Assembly: GCA_000934665.2 (NCBI GenBank)
Contig: JYFJ02001311.1
Coordinates: 62,001-83,561, forward strand
Direction: 5' to 3'
DNA from: Catajapyx aquilonaris
Lineage: Eukaryota
Length of the DNA: 21,561 nt
Part shown: one piece after another, positions 1-19,797 of the stretch
Position numbering within the stretch: the stretch's first letter is position 1
Layout of the letters: each line of letters begins with the position of its first letter
Position numbers and translations under genes: made by a program
The notes under the pieces: model-generated
Databases searched by the model: none
What the model was told of the DNA's origin: nothing
What the model saw: the letters and a program-made list of their open reading frames with translations, nothing else

Positions 1-3000
1 TCTCTGCACTTTCTGGCAAAAAGGTATGGACATGTTGGCCCTAAGCCCGCCAAACAAACAAAGAATTTGCTATAACCCTCTGGGGGTCACCGATCGGGAG
101 ACGACGAAACACCATCAATTTAAAGCTCCTTCTTTTTCGCCCCCCCCCCCTCCTTGTATTTTTGGACATGTGCAGTGAGTGAGGTCAGGGCCTTTTCCTA
201 TTTTGAAAAAAAAGGTGCAGGTGACGACCACAAGGAACGACTATACCGAATGATGGAAATGGGAAGGGTTGAACTTCCGGCACGTGTAAGAAAGGTCGAT
301 GGCCTCTGTAGTCCAGTCCACAAATCCTTCATTTTTTTTTACAAATGCATGTTACAAATCTGTAAAATACACGTGAGAAATCGCATTTGTAATTGTCATA
401 TTACAGCATTCTTAGCTCATTAGCCATGCCGCGCGTGACTAACGTAATGTCTCCGGAAGCTATATTTTGGTTCTACTGGGGGCTATAGACGGCCTCTTAA
501 AACCTATATTTGGCTAGGGGGGGAGTCAGCGACAACCCCTATAGACTTGACAAAAAAAATAGTCGAAAAAATGAGTCGGCGATAAATTCTTCAGAGGTTG
601 GAACGATGAGTCCAGAGCGCGGAAAAAAAGGGACGTGGCGCCTTCCTGGGAGCTCCCTCAGGATCCAGTGACCCAAGCCTTGCCAAGGAGATAAATAAAG
701 ACATACATACCCACCCATGCTACCTCACCACACCCACCACACTCTTGCAACTTTCTTTTTTTTCTTTTCTGTTTTCGAAAGGCTCCACTGCCAAATAGCG
801 GCCAAGTCTTCCCAAAAAGGGGGCCATAAAAAGTATGCGAGAGTGTCTCAGAAATAACATGGACCCAGGGTTAGGTCTTCCCTCAGACTTTCAGGATGAG
901 TCACACGTGATTGGCAAAACAACTGTTGGTCTCAGGCTCTTTTTTTTATAGGTCGTCTACTCAACCTTAACCTATTTGTGTCGTTTACGCGCCCAATGCC
1001 ACATTGTTAAGAGCAAAGGTATTTCCACATGAAATGTTTTTGGGAGGTGTGACGCATAGGTTTTCTTTAAAGAACTGCATATCTTTCGTATGAGAGTAAG
1101 TATGTTGTAATTGCAAGATATTGTCATCTGACCTGACACGAAAAGTCATTATTTGTCATTGATTAGTATAGAAATATAATGTATTTTTTATTTCCATAAA
1201 TTCTATGTTTAATTATTGTTTCTTTATTACCCAGCGTTGACTATAACTACTCATGTTATTTGCCTAATTTGTGCAGTATGAATCACTGCTATTTTTACTG
1301 AATAGCTTCAGGTGTGTATTACGAGCACAAAATATATCTAGACATACACATGAGATTTCAATGGACAGTTGGCATTGACGGATTGTATTCCTTTCTCTGT
1401 GTCTCCTTGAAGATCTGCAACTTCTGATGCACAGGTGTACAAAAGGAAGCTACAAAAAAGTTGCATTACTGCACGAACAGGAATTTTGGCTAGTCGCCTT
1501 TTTATGCACATCCAGTGTGCACATATGTGTAACGTCATAAAGTGCTGCATATGAATATCAGATATAATTTGGCTGGCATGTTCAAATATTTTTTTTCCTC
1601 CATGCTCCAGCACCCTGTACATATAAGCAGCTTATAGCAATTAAATGATCCGTTTTTTCCTCAACATACTTAACCCAAACCCGCTTAGAACAGATCTGCT
1701 CCAAATTCCCAGTCCATATGGTGGGAAGGCCACCCCAGCATGACTGCATTACCTTAATTAACCCCCGCAACCTAATTAGTCGGATTATGCCCCCCCTTCT
1801 TAAATCAGGACCTCTAATTACCTCCTTTTGACAGTCTCAGGTGAGAGATAGCCTTGAATATTCATATCCCAGTGTCCAGTTCTCCCAAAGTTTTGTCCTT
1901 GGAAGCTCTACGACGGATCGTCCGGTTTTGTCCTATGCTTCCTCTTGGGTGCATATATAATCAGCACCAACCATTTCCTTCCCCAAGTTCCTCCAAGTCG
2001 CATTCGATAACACTTGTTTATTTTGAAGTCAGCCGTCGCCAATTATTGTCCGTCCTTGAAGGTCGTGCGCCCACTTTGCCAAACGAAGAAAACAAACAAA
2101 AAAAAAACATTGGAGAGATGCACAGCTTTTGCTCACTTCAAGCAGCTGAGTACCGGGAAACAACTCGAACAATGCGAAGTTGCAAGGCAATAAATCTCCA
2201 GTTGGGTAATTGCACGGAAATAGACCCACCCTAGCCAACTTGGCCAAAGTCCGGCGATTTCAATTGGTCAACTATGGACTTGGGTGTAATATGTGTATGA
2301 AGATATCAGGTGAGTAATACGCCAGGAATGAAAGGCGGAAATTGGGATTGATTGATGAGCTTAGGGAGGAGCAGTCCTGACAATTAATTAATAGAGAAAT
2401 ATGATATAGTGACCGTTAGCCAGTACTAGCAGCCCAATATATTTTTATAAATGTAATATCAGCATGTCGAAAAAAAAGGTCACGTGTGTCAAGGTGGCAC
2501 GAAATTCTAACAAAATTTTGTAGACAATGTAACGGGCCAAACAACGACATTTGACCTCGTACGTGACTTAGAAAAACCTCTGGCTTCATTAATTCAGGTC
2601 CACAGCACCATTTTTTTAAGTCTTCGTAGAACCCTCCTTTCGGAAAAGGTTTTCTGATGACCGGCTCGTATTCTGGGCAGAGTAACCTCCGAGCCATGAT
2701 TTCCATTGCGGCTCGTGTGTTGGAAAGAAGGGGTTTCAATATCTTGAAACCAGTGTTTTCCCAGAGGATGTTGTGGCCCCCTTATGGTTAGTTGTGGCAC
2801 ACCTTTTTTATGCATTCCCACGATCGTCAAGACGTGCTTAAAAGCATTTTTCGTAATCACAATCATATTCATCTCCCCATATCTTTGATGGGAACACACA
2901 AAAATGTCGCCAAGATAGGATGAGAAAACCGGGCTATAATTTTTAGCCTAATTATAATCGTAGATCAGTTTACGTGATTTCGAACTATTAGAGACACGCG

Positions 3001-6000
3001 AGACATTACTTGTAGGTTAGGAGAAGCTTCGTGTGTTTCGGTAGGGAACATGCAAGCATCCCAATTGGAGGGCAACAGAGCACTTGAAACATCCTCCGTG
3101 GCAAAGAGGTGAAAGACATCAGGATTCTGGTCCGTTGATCCCAACCGCAACATTATAATATATATAAAAAAAACAGCATATCTCGCGTGATTTCTTTGCT
3201 CCACAACTAAACATAGCTTGTTCTTTTATTCACCTTCTGATCGGATCTGTAATCATGTCGTACGCTGCACGTAAGCCAATCATCTAGAGGTTAACGCTTT
3301 TGCTGAATTATTGCACCCAGTACTCAGGCACGATGTCGATTTCTTGGGACAAGCTAATTGTTGGGCCTAATTATACGGCTCATGGTACGGCCATACAATG
3401 TTTTGCATGCAACGAGAGCCCGATAGGATATTGCTTCTGGCACTTTCGGATCATTCCGATGGAGGTCGAGCTGATAGACGACCTGATTTGCTATCGGGAG
3501 GCCACCTACTAAGAAGTGTATTCCTGGTATAGATTTTATTGTGCAATGAGGCCTGATAATGCAAATCAGCAAGGACGGCAATGACGATCATACACTATCA
3601 TCAGGAAAAAACATATGCTTTTCAAATCGCCCCAATGACACTGTTTTCAACTTTTCGACCATAGACATGTTGTAATTTTCACTCAATATTCACGACACTT
3701 GGAGTTGAAATTGTTTATAATTTTAAAATGATTTTTTTAAATAAAACAATTACTACAGCAATGTTGACAATATAGGTGTGAGCTATATGCAGACCACCTA
3801 CAGAGAATTTGCAATGTTCCTGGTAGTTTTTACAGCACAAACTGATAATGCAAATGACTATCACACACTATCGTGTGAAAACATACCTCTCGAAGCATTC
3901 CGACCAAGCCCCGCACCCATACAACGTGGAGTTTACGATGCTGGAAACAGTCGGAAATGAATAATTAATGAGAATGTAAAAAAGTAAATGGTAAGGGGTC
4001 TTAGGGGGACACGCCGAATTCCACACGTGTGTTTCACACATGCATCCCAAATGACGTGTTCGGAAGTTCATGAAATCTAATGATATTCCCCCCTGAGGAT
4101 CAATTCCTTCATCCGGAGTGTATATCAGATGAAGAGTGGGCGCGACTGGCCAATGGCCTCTCCAAATCACCCCAAAGGCTCACTTCTTTACACAACATAT
4201 CAAGTTTTTTTTTTTCCTTCCGGATATTCGTAACACCTCGAACCTTGAATAATCCTATATTATTGTGAAGAAAGGAGAGTGTATTGTTACAGGGTATTAT
4301 GTCGCATGCAAATTTGTGGTGATGTATGGTCAACTTTGCAACCGGGAAGTTAATTTGCTGGTGTGGATAATATGAAGACGAATGCTCACTTTCACCCGGG
4401 GGCGGCCAAGGTGCGCCCTTGTTTCTAACCAACAATAGATAATACATCACCACTCCTAATTTCACATCGGGATATATCTTAATACATGGAGAATGAACCA
4501 GATAATATGTGACAGTTGGTGACGACCATAAGCTCTTATATATGAAGTCCGATGCAAAAATACATACACTTGAACAGTGTAGTGATAGCAATAATCTGCG
4601 AAGTTTAGAAGGTCTGTCGAAGGACGTTTGGCTTCGACCAACATCCTGTCAACGTACTCGTATGACTCACTAACGTCTTATTTCACCGACCTTTGCGTTA
4701 ATGTACTGTTCCGAAAAAAAAGCACTTTTTTGCGCGATAAGACGCCGTTTTATCAATGAATGATGACCAAGTCAACACGACACCTGATCTTATGAGTCGT
4801 ATACATTTTAATGAGCTTAATATCAGTCTCATAGGTGCAGGGTCAAACTTGTGAGTCAAAACCGATAGGACTTTATTGCGACATTCAGACAATTACGTAA
4901 TCAAACTACGCTTTAAAGTTTCCTACCGAGCCCATCGTAAATAATATTCAGCACCATAATAACATAATAACACATTCCTCTGGTGAAATATGACCTCGCA
5001 ATATTATTGCTCAAAAACATAAAAGTCCAGACCTCACATGAGCGCCGTATATCATCATAACACACAAAGTACCTCACCAACTAGATAATAACCTTAAATT
5101 CTATGATCACAAAATTCCGCAAAAAAAAAAAAACAGTTTTCCATCCAAGCCCTTCCCATGTTATCTAGTCCCTCACGTACATACATCATCAATATTCATT
5201 GATTACACATGCCCACCAAACGAGTCCTCATCCAGCATCTATCCATCTATATCCAGAGGATCCCATGTATAAAAAAGAAGTGTTTGCACCCCCAAGGACA
5301 TTGAAACCAAGTTCACAAAAGGCTACTGACTCGAACCCATGTGAAGAGCCAAAAAGGGGAGGGGTATATGAATTTTTTTATATATATAAATATTACATAC
5401 CTCATCGTCCTGTTTCCCTGTGATTAGACGCTTCTAACTATTTAGCCCGCCAGTAAGAAGACACGACGATAATACACGTACCTCTAATAAGCACCTATGA
5501 AGTGATTTTTTTTTTTTCAACTCTAGATGGCCACCAGATTCCTTAAAGAAGAGGACCGTTTAATTAGCCTTAGTTAAGGGGACTGTCAGATTAAGAACAT
5601 TCTGATAATAACTTCATCCAAGAGTAGAGGGTGAAAGGTCCAACAAAAAAAATGTTATGCGGCTAACAATAGAGGAGATGGACATGCGAGGCTTTCTTGG
5701 CAGGTACGTGCAAGTTTTTAATGCGTGCTGCTGTAATTGGTCGGGAGTGTTTATCACAAAAAAAAAACCAGCCTGGGATGCAAAACTGGTCAAACACACA
5801 ATAATTAAAAAGTGTGCAAAAAAATATATTGTGCGACCTTGCAGTTACTTTCCAAAATGTTACTCAACGTGACCTGTTCATTTTGACAGTGTGACAACAC
5901 TAGTTTGCAAATATGAGAACTTTGGGAGGTGCTACCCACGCATTAAATTGAAAGAATCTGGAGAATTTGCGCTTTCACTTTTACCCTACCCATCTTATGC

Positions 6001-8344
6001 TGAGATTTACTGCCAGTAGAGAGGACGAACACGGATTTTTTTCCCCCCCTTCTTATTAATTAGCTGGCCTTAATTGTTGAGATGTTGTCCCCTTCCGTGT
6101 CTGCTCGGACGTGACTTATAATGGAAGTGGTCGTAATTAGGTCCATTGTGTCATGCGATGGTGTCCCCGCAGCCATATGGTAAGCACTTCTTTATTGCCC
6201 CATTATCGACCCTGCCATTCTTGGCAAAAATAACGCCCACATGTAATTACTTCATTATGATTACGGCAGTGCCACTCTGTACACAGAACAATTTGGCGGT
6301 TTACGACATGCTGTTAGAAAAAAAATAGTTAGAATGTTTCAGGGATTTCAGAATCGACACGCCATATCACTGATATGCAGAATCCGATCATGTAAATAAT
6401 ATTAAATTCAAACGCAGAAATAATTAAATGGGCATAATTTTATGATACAATAAAAAATGAATATTGGTGAATATTGTTCAGTAGGCTATATGATATAAGC
6501 TAATAAAAATTCTTCAGAGTGGTGAATAATTTTATGCAGGGGCATGACATGAACGGTTTATGACAAAAATCCATATTCTGTTATTTTAAATTGTCAGAGT
6601 GTAGAAACAGTGAGCAGGGTGTGTGTGTGGAAGCAAGAATTCTTCTTTAATCACTGTGTCTAATTTGAGGCAAACCGTCACTGATGAGCGGTTCAAGACG
6701 AAGAATGCGACTGTGACACGTACTCTACATGCAGGTGATAGTGGTCGTAACGTTGGTTATTTAATAGTTCGCAGCATGGGGTCTGGGGTTTTATGTAGTG
6801 GTCTGTACAGCACCTGAGCACTACGGCTGCCTGCCTTTTGTCACACGTAACATTCTTCTCCTATGATTCACTCAGTTTCATCTGCGCAGCATGTTGCAAG
6901 GGTGGTGGTCGGTAGATAAGGGCAGAGGACCGTCACGGTTGATATTATGGGAAGTGGAGTGGGGGAAGGGAACGGCCTAACCAGAGAATGTAACACATGC
7001 AATGCCTGGTCTGACTTCAATATAGCCCAGAGGGAAAAAAAAATCCTTCGACATCCAGCAAAATCACTACATTCATTGGCAATTTCAATACTGCAATGTG
7101 ATACTGAAATGAATGAAAATATGCACTTCAATACAAATTGGGCAATGCATATATTGAATATATCTTCTTGTAGGTAGGTTCATTTGACTTGAAATTCCGT
7201 ATAGCATCGACATGCAATAATGTATTTGACGCGTTATGAAGTAATACACACGAGTGTTTTTATTGCCATCTTATATCGGACAGACGGACACGGTATAACA
7301 AACCACGGTCGTAACGTTGTCGTAACTTTACGTCCACACATTTCATGGCAGAGACATCTACTAGATTATATGCCACATGTGCAGAGGAGCCCACAATGAG
7401 AAAGTGAGGCGGCGACATCTTACGGCCAACTTGGGATGCTACAGAAACACAAATTACTCGAAGTTTGGTACTCACAAAGCAGCCAGGGAGCAGCATCCAC
7501 AAGGCAACCAGGCGCAGCAATATTATGCTCTAATTGTCTAATATATAAGTATACGGCATTACATCAAAGTGCTTTCAATTGACAGCAACGCGAGTTGCAC
7601 ACTTCTCGGTAAAATGCTGCCACAGCAATTTTGCCCAATTAACCGCCCCATTAATATAATTAACACTAATGAAAGCCTATTGGTGTGTGCTACTGACTGA
7701 AATGGTACCAGAACTACCATTTAAAAAAGAAAGCATGAAGTTCTAATTGTTGTATTTTCTTCTCATACACAAATGCAATAATTACCAAATTGAGAACCAA
7801 CCTACGACCACCGTTATTAATAAAATGAAGAATCGCCAATTATAATGGGGTTGAAGTTAACAAGAGATTACTTCCATAAGACAACTCATCCCAATCCATC
7901 ACTCTTGGAGAATTCGCCACCTGACCAGCAGCTTATCTCCTTTATCAATTTTGGCTAATTCTATTGTTGGCTCTGAGAGTAATTTCGTTGTAGGTGTTCA
8001 CGAACTAACCTTGGCTGCACAAAGTTGATGCCAATACTGATTCCCTGTACGGGTCTTATTCACGATTTTCCAGATACCTGCATAAGAGAATACACACGCA
8101 AAATTACCGAAAATTACTGCTGGAAGGTGGATTGAGGTTATCCATACAATCTGCTTAGGTTCAGCCAGCTGTTCCCGAATTAGCAGTTGTCGCTTCATCT
8201 ATGCAATTATGAACGTAATTGGCAGTATCACAATTAACGCTCGGTTCGTTGGCACAAAAATTAAGATCAACAAACCGCAAATTTGCGATGTCATTGGCGA
8301 TACAAGCACCAAAAATAGTCGGACCTCACAGTCAGGTGTCCAAC

Positions 8345-10300
8345 ATGACCACTTTTAGAGGTGTGCTTGTGTTCCTCCTGCTATTGGACATACGTGTTAC
8401 ATCAAATAATATTTCGTTGCCCGAAGATACTCTCGATGATCATCTCATGGCTCAACTTGTGACCACGCTTCTTCAGAGGGAAGATTTGCACCTCTGCTCA
8501 CTCGTGGTGTCCACAGACCAAAAGTGCTTCAGTGTCCCGGTGCAGAAGATTCTTGTTGGACGTGCAACTCTGCACATGCCAATCCTTACAGTGAAGATGT
8601 CCGCATTCACATATTCCTTCCGTGACTACCCCTGGCTGACAAAGCAGGAGGAATTGTTGGACTTCACCACTGTTCCTCCAGATCTGCTTTCACGCCTTTG
8701 GTCCGGACAGTCCTGCACCGTTCACGTGCTCATGCCGAAGAGTGCGTCCACTTTTGCTCAACTGCTCATGTACACGGCATCCGTAGTGAAGGTGTCGCCT
8801 GAAGACGACCGGTTCCTGATCCATCTTCAGCCAGATCAAGAAGTGGACAAACTTATCACTGACACACCATCCAGCTCTCTCCGGCTGAAGGCAGTCACTA
8901 CACTAACATCAGAAGTGCTCAGGATGGACACCGTCTGCTTCTTCTGCGGCATCGATGGACATGATGTGGTGCAGCCATTGCATGATGTGGAGGCCTTCTT
9001 CGTGGACAATACCAAAAGCACGAACGGGAAGGAGCTGGTGCTCGTCTTTTACATGGACATCAATATGGAGCATGCTAGGAAGGGGAAGCAAGAAGAAGGC
9101 GAGATCTCCCTAGAAATGTTCCAGAGGATGGCACTGGTCGTCGAAGAACTTCTGAGAGCAAAGATCACGTTCCAACTGATGGAGGTCGAATCCACAGAAG
9201 TCGAATTCAGGTATCCGAATGGTAGTTGGGTGGGTTTGACAGCTCATCTTTTGAAAAAGCAAGCTGATTTTGTCCCTGCAGTGTTTCTGTCTGAAGAAAC
9301 AATTCGATTCGTTCGGACGTCTCAACCTTATGTATACGCGTACGGCACATTTTTGACTCGCGTCCCACGAGGAGTTGTCACCTGGAAAGTCATATTCAGA
9401 CCATACCCATTGTCATTCTGGACGCCGTTCTTAGTATGCATCGCATTGTGCTGTTGCGCTGTTTACTATCTCTCGAAATGGAATCGTGTCACCTCAGCTT
9501 TCATGACAATGTCCGAGTCGGTCCAGTTTGTCCTCCGCAACATCATTGAGCAACCTCCAAATATTTCTACCACTCATTTATCCCTCATTTTCACCATATC
9601 TTTCTCTCTATTCGCGATCGTGGTTGCATGCGGATACAAGGCAAAGCTGGTGTCTTTTCTCACGTGGCCGCAAAAAGAGTTCACCCCGACCACACTCAAG
9701 CAATTGGCCTACTCGGACTGGAAGATCGAAGTATCCTTCTTAAACTATTTGATTATGAAGAAGTACATGACCGTTGCTAATTTGACAGTCACTAACACGA
9801 TTATGAAGCTGATGGTTGTATCCAGCAGCATCGAGAGTTGCTTAGACAAAACGTACTCGGAGGATGTCGCGTGCGCTGGTATCAACTTGCTTATGGACCG
9901 CGAAACATACCGGTACACCAATTCGCGCGGTACACTAAGTGTCAAGCACAGCGAAGAAAACATTTTCCCTACGTACAATGCTGTGGGTGTGTCCAGAGGC
10001 AATGTGGCATTATTTAAGCTTCTGAACAATGCTGTACGTGTCTTTATTGAGACAAACTTGGTCGAGAAATTCTTCGAGCACGAGCTGTACATGAACCAAA
10101 TTCGCGTATTGAAGGACATTATGGCTGCAGAGGAGCAAAATGCTCAGAGTACAGTGGCAGACGAGGTCCTGACAGTCAAAAAACTGTCTGCCATATTTAA
10201 CATTTGGCTCCTAGGACTGGCAGTTGCAGGCGCTGCGTTTGCGCTGGAATTATTTTACAGCTGGCGCAACCCTCCATATCCGTTTCACTATCTCCCTTGA
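8345..10300 (+). CDS. Divergent ionotropic receptor (IR; variant iGluR-family chemosensory receptor), single coding exon, about 651 aa
   Basis: Uninterrupted ORF (the track starts it at TTG 8219). ATG 8345 has a CAAC-ATG context and is followed by a signal-peptide-like stretch MTTFRGVLVFLLLLDIRVTS; an upstream in-frame ATG at 8288 is the alternative. IR hallmarks in order: S1 lobe NGSWVGLTAHLLKKQADF...SQPY, M1 FRPYPLSFWTPFLVCIAL, pore-loop VLRNIIEQP, M3 GYKAKLVSFLTWP (equivalent to iGluR SYTANLAAFLT), S2 lobe, and M4 LTVKKLSAIFNIWLLGLAVAGAAFALE. Confidence 0.93.
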   Translation: MTTFRGVLVFLLLLDIRVTSNNISLPEDTLDDHLMAQLVTTLLQREDLHLCSLVVSTDQKCFSVPVQKILVGRATLHMPILTVKMSAFTYSFRDYPWLTKQEELLDFTTVPPDLLSRLWSGQSCTVHVLMPKSASTFAQLLMYTASVVKVSPEDDRFLIHLQPDQEVDKLITDTPSSSLRLKAVTTLTSEVLRMDTVCFFCGIDGHDVVQPLHDVEAFFVDNTKSTNGKELVLVFYMDINMEHARKGKQEEGEISLEMFQRMALVVEELLRAKITFQLMEVESTEVEFRYPNGSWVGLTAHLLKKQADFVPAVFLSEETIRFVRTSQPYVYAYGTFLTRVPRGVVTWKVIFRPYPLSFWTPFLVCIALCCCAVYYLSKWNRVTSAFMTMSESVQFVLRNIIEQPPNISTTHLSLIFTISFSLFAIVVACGYKAKLVSFLTWPQKEFTPTTLKQLAYSDWKIEVSFLNYLIMKKYMTVANLTVTNTIMKLMVVSSSIESCLDKTYSEDVACAGINLLMDRETYRYTNSRGTLSVKHSEENIFPTYNAVGVSRGNVALFKLLNNAVRVFIETNLVEKFFEHELYMNQIRVLKDIMAAEEQNAQSTVADEVLTVKKLSAIFNIWLLGLAVAGAAFALELFYSWRNPPYPFHYLP

Positions 10301-10604
10301 ATACGATCATACCATGAGAACTTGTGTAGTCATAAGATCACAATACATGAACATTAATGGTTAGCATTTTGATGGGTGCACTTTTTTCCTCCACAGTTAT
10401 ATAACTGATGATGGCCATATATTGCTAGAATACATTTGATTCAATGACATTGCATCTGGTGTATATGCCTCCTCCAGTATTTTGAACTTTACTACCCAAG
10501 CGTGTTAAATTTAATTGTGAATAAGAGTGTCATGCAAGACAACAGCCAAGTTGTAATGCAGAACCTGACTGTTTAATTGTGTAATTATCAATTAATTTCT
10601 TCCC

Positions 10605-10610
10605 AATAAA
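10605..10610 (+). promoter_or_regulatory. Candidate polyadenylation signal of the IR gene
   Basis: First AATAAA on + after the IR stop (about 300 nt downstream); others at 10864 and 11064. Confidence 0.4.
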
Positions 10611-11488
10611 GCCTGTTCAGATCATAATACAATGCTCCAATTATTATTAATCATTTCCATAAATGCAGCCTCTGCACTGGTGTGAAGAAACTGATGGAAA
10701 AGTGACACTGGGTCCTTACCAGCCCACCAAGCAACCAATGCTGAATCTATATGAGGATGACATTAAAGTCAGATCCACACAATGTAATAATACAAAATTA
10801 CCTTCAAGTCAACAAAAGTTCATCACCATATTCCCTTAGAATAGCATCAGCTTGAGAACTGGCAATAAAAAACTCACTTGTGTACTATCATATTATTTTA
10901 ATAGCTACAGTTAATAAGAACAAAAGGATGTGCACATACAAAGTTTAGTCACCAACACCTAGTACAGTTTGGAAAACTAACAGCAAATACATGAGGCATG
11001 TATACAGGTGAAAACTTCAATCAACATAATTGGCTTGTGCCGAATACAAGAAAATAAGACTGCAATAAACTACACATGCAGTCACTTCTGAAAGACTGTG
11101 GTGCAAAACTCCTTCACATGATGCAAGGAAGACAAGATTAAATTTCCAATTTGGAGTCACATTTTAAAAGTGATTCAGGAAATTAAAAGAAATCAAATGA
11201 ACAAACTGCCAGTGAAATATTACACCAGGAACAAAATGAAGCTGTATAACTTGAACGTTTTCACACCAGTCTGTGCATTAGCCAAGACCGAACCATGTAA
11301 TCTGTCTGTTAGGAGTTCGCCTTGTTACACACCGAGAGGATGCACCCAGCAGACAGCTCACAAAGCAACACCTTAGTGTCAGAAAATGACACCACATACT
11401 CTGAAGCTGACAGTTGAGCGTTGCACTGGATCCTCTTACACTTTAAAAAATCAGACACATGCCAAGTCCGCTTGTCGTGATGGCGCAC

Positions 11489-11494
11489 TTTATT
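11489..11494 (-). promoter_or_regulatory. Candidate proximal polyadenylation signal of U2AF2
   Basis: AATAAA on the minus strand about 145 nt after the stop codon; ATTAAA variants further downstream (about 10897, 10572, 10510) could give longer 3' UTRs. Confidence 0.45.
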
Positions 11495-11639
11495 CATGCT
11501 TGGCAATGTCACATGTCGTTAAATTAATTCCAGAAAGAGGAGAAGTTGGTGTGGGACTAAACTCCTACTCTGCAAGAAACCACGACATCTGCTTCACGTG
11601 AGAACTTCCCGCTAATGCGCCGGATGTTGCACGTACCTA

Positions 11640-18662
<7,023 letters not shown>

Positions 18663-18758
18663 CTGAAATGGCAATTCAATTATTAATTCACAAAATGGCA
18701 ACAATGACGATAATTTCTAGCCAGTTAATATAGTATGTATGACTAATTCTACAGCATG

Positions 18759-18887
18759 GACGCCGAGACAAGTGGGATATCAAGTACCAACTCCCAGAGG
18801 TCCGGGTATCAAATCCTGTCCCTGTCACCTTTGCTTAGCAGCTTATCACCCGACATGTCCGGGCAGACTTGCACTCCCATATTATTA
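18759..18887 (+). mobile_element. Possible decayed tRNA-derived SINE
   Basis: A-box-like GAGACAAGTGG, degenerate B-box GAGGTCCGGGTATCAAATCC, and an ATT-rich tail interrupted by the Tc1/mariner MITE. Weak. Confidence 0.28.
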
Positions 18888-19436
18888 CAGTAAAACTTCT
18901 ATAAGTCGAAGAAAAAGACAAGCTTGGTTGGCCACAATGTAAAATAATAGGAAATAAACTTCTCTAACTCGAATTTCTATAACTCGAAGTGCTGGCAGGG
19001 CCTTACGATGGGATATCAATGCATTTTCAGTCTCCCTAAGGTCGAACTTCATGTTGGTGAGTACGGAAATTTTCTAATTTCCCAGCCGAAGGGTCGAGAG
19101 TAGGCCACATGGACAGAATGGCTCAATTTCCTGATCTATGTTCTACCAGACGTACCGAAATAAGTGTTTGAGATGATTTTGACAATTGAATCCTTGAATC
19201 TAAGAGTAAGCAAATGTCCATAACAGAGATTTTTTTACAACAATACAACGAGGAACATCGTAAGTGTGATAATGACAGTTATTTTTAAGTTTTGACCCCT
19301 TTCGTCGCTGGATATAAAGGCAGGCTTTCTTATAGAGTTCTGTGCTTACAAAATCCTAACTTCTCTAATTCGAATCTTCTATAACTCGAAGTTTTTTTCC
19401 CGTCCCATGGAGATTCGACTTATAGAAGTTTTACTG
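18888..19436. mobile_element. Non-autonomous Tc1/mariner-superfamily MITE (549 bp)
   Basis: Perfect 23-bp TIRs CAGTAAAACTTCTATAAGTCGAA (18888-18910, inverted at 19414-19436); TA target duplication at 18886-87 and 19437-38; internal direct copies of the TIR core (TTCTmTAAyTCGAA) at about 18957-18990 and 19358-19392; no ORF. Confidence 0.93.
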
Positions 19437-19549
19437 TATTATGATTATGATCATAATTACATACCGTACTTATTATTATTACCAAAGAATAGATTTCAAG
19501 GTTCTAAAAAACCCTCAAATAGGTAGGCATTTAGGTCCTGAAAACAGTT

Positions 19550-19797
19550 GAGGTGCTCTGAGGAAAACGGCATATCCCAACCAGAGTTCGTTCTGAGAAA
19601 AGGGGCTTTTTGTGTTTTGCTTTACCATTCACCTAGAGCTATGGACAAATTTTACAACTGGAATATGCGAGCTTTGAAATGTCCCAATTAATTTGGTACT
19701 TCCACACATGAAAGGTACATGGCAAGAGAGTACAACAGCACTACAAACTCAAAATTGGAGGTCGGTTGGGATATGCCATTCTTCCTCTGAGCGCCTC
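19550..19797. mobile_element. Non-autonomous DNA transposon (MITE, 248 bp), Sola2-like termini
   Basis: Imperfect TIRs of about 33 bp: GAGGTGCTCTGAGGAAAACGGCATATCCCAACC versus the right-end reverse complement GAGGCGCTCAGAGGAAGAATGGCATATCCCAACC; 4-bp TSD AGTT (19546-49, 19798-801). Superfamily assignment is inferred from the GAG...CTC ends and the 4-bp TSD. Confidence 0.82.

Noticed and set aside
1900..2030. Minus-strand peptide WRNLGKEMVGADYICTQEEA faintly resembling a Myb/SANT-like motif
   Set aside because: Bounded by stops and too short to support without a profile search.
3300..3512. AIQCFACN (Ly6/Quiver-like start) and, in another frame, RRPDL (non-LTR endonuclease-like)
   Set aside because: Isolated short motifs without the remaining cysteine pattern or flanking domain.
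570..4860. Scattered TGAGTCA/TGACTCA and CACGTG motifs
   Set aside because: Short motifs expected by chance and not tied to any mapped promoter.
154..8198. Numerous 60-160 aa ORFs on both strands
   Set aside because: No recognisable domains, many begin at non-ATG codons, and lengths are consistent with chance; no exon chain could be built.
8219..8344. ORF-track start of the IR at TTG 8219
   Set aside because: Non-ATG start in a eukaryote; ATG 8345 has a better context and directly precedes a signal peptide.
8836..10119. Antisense and alternate-frame ORFs overlapping the IR CDS
   Set aside because: Shadow ORFs of the real coding sequence.
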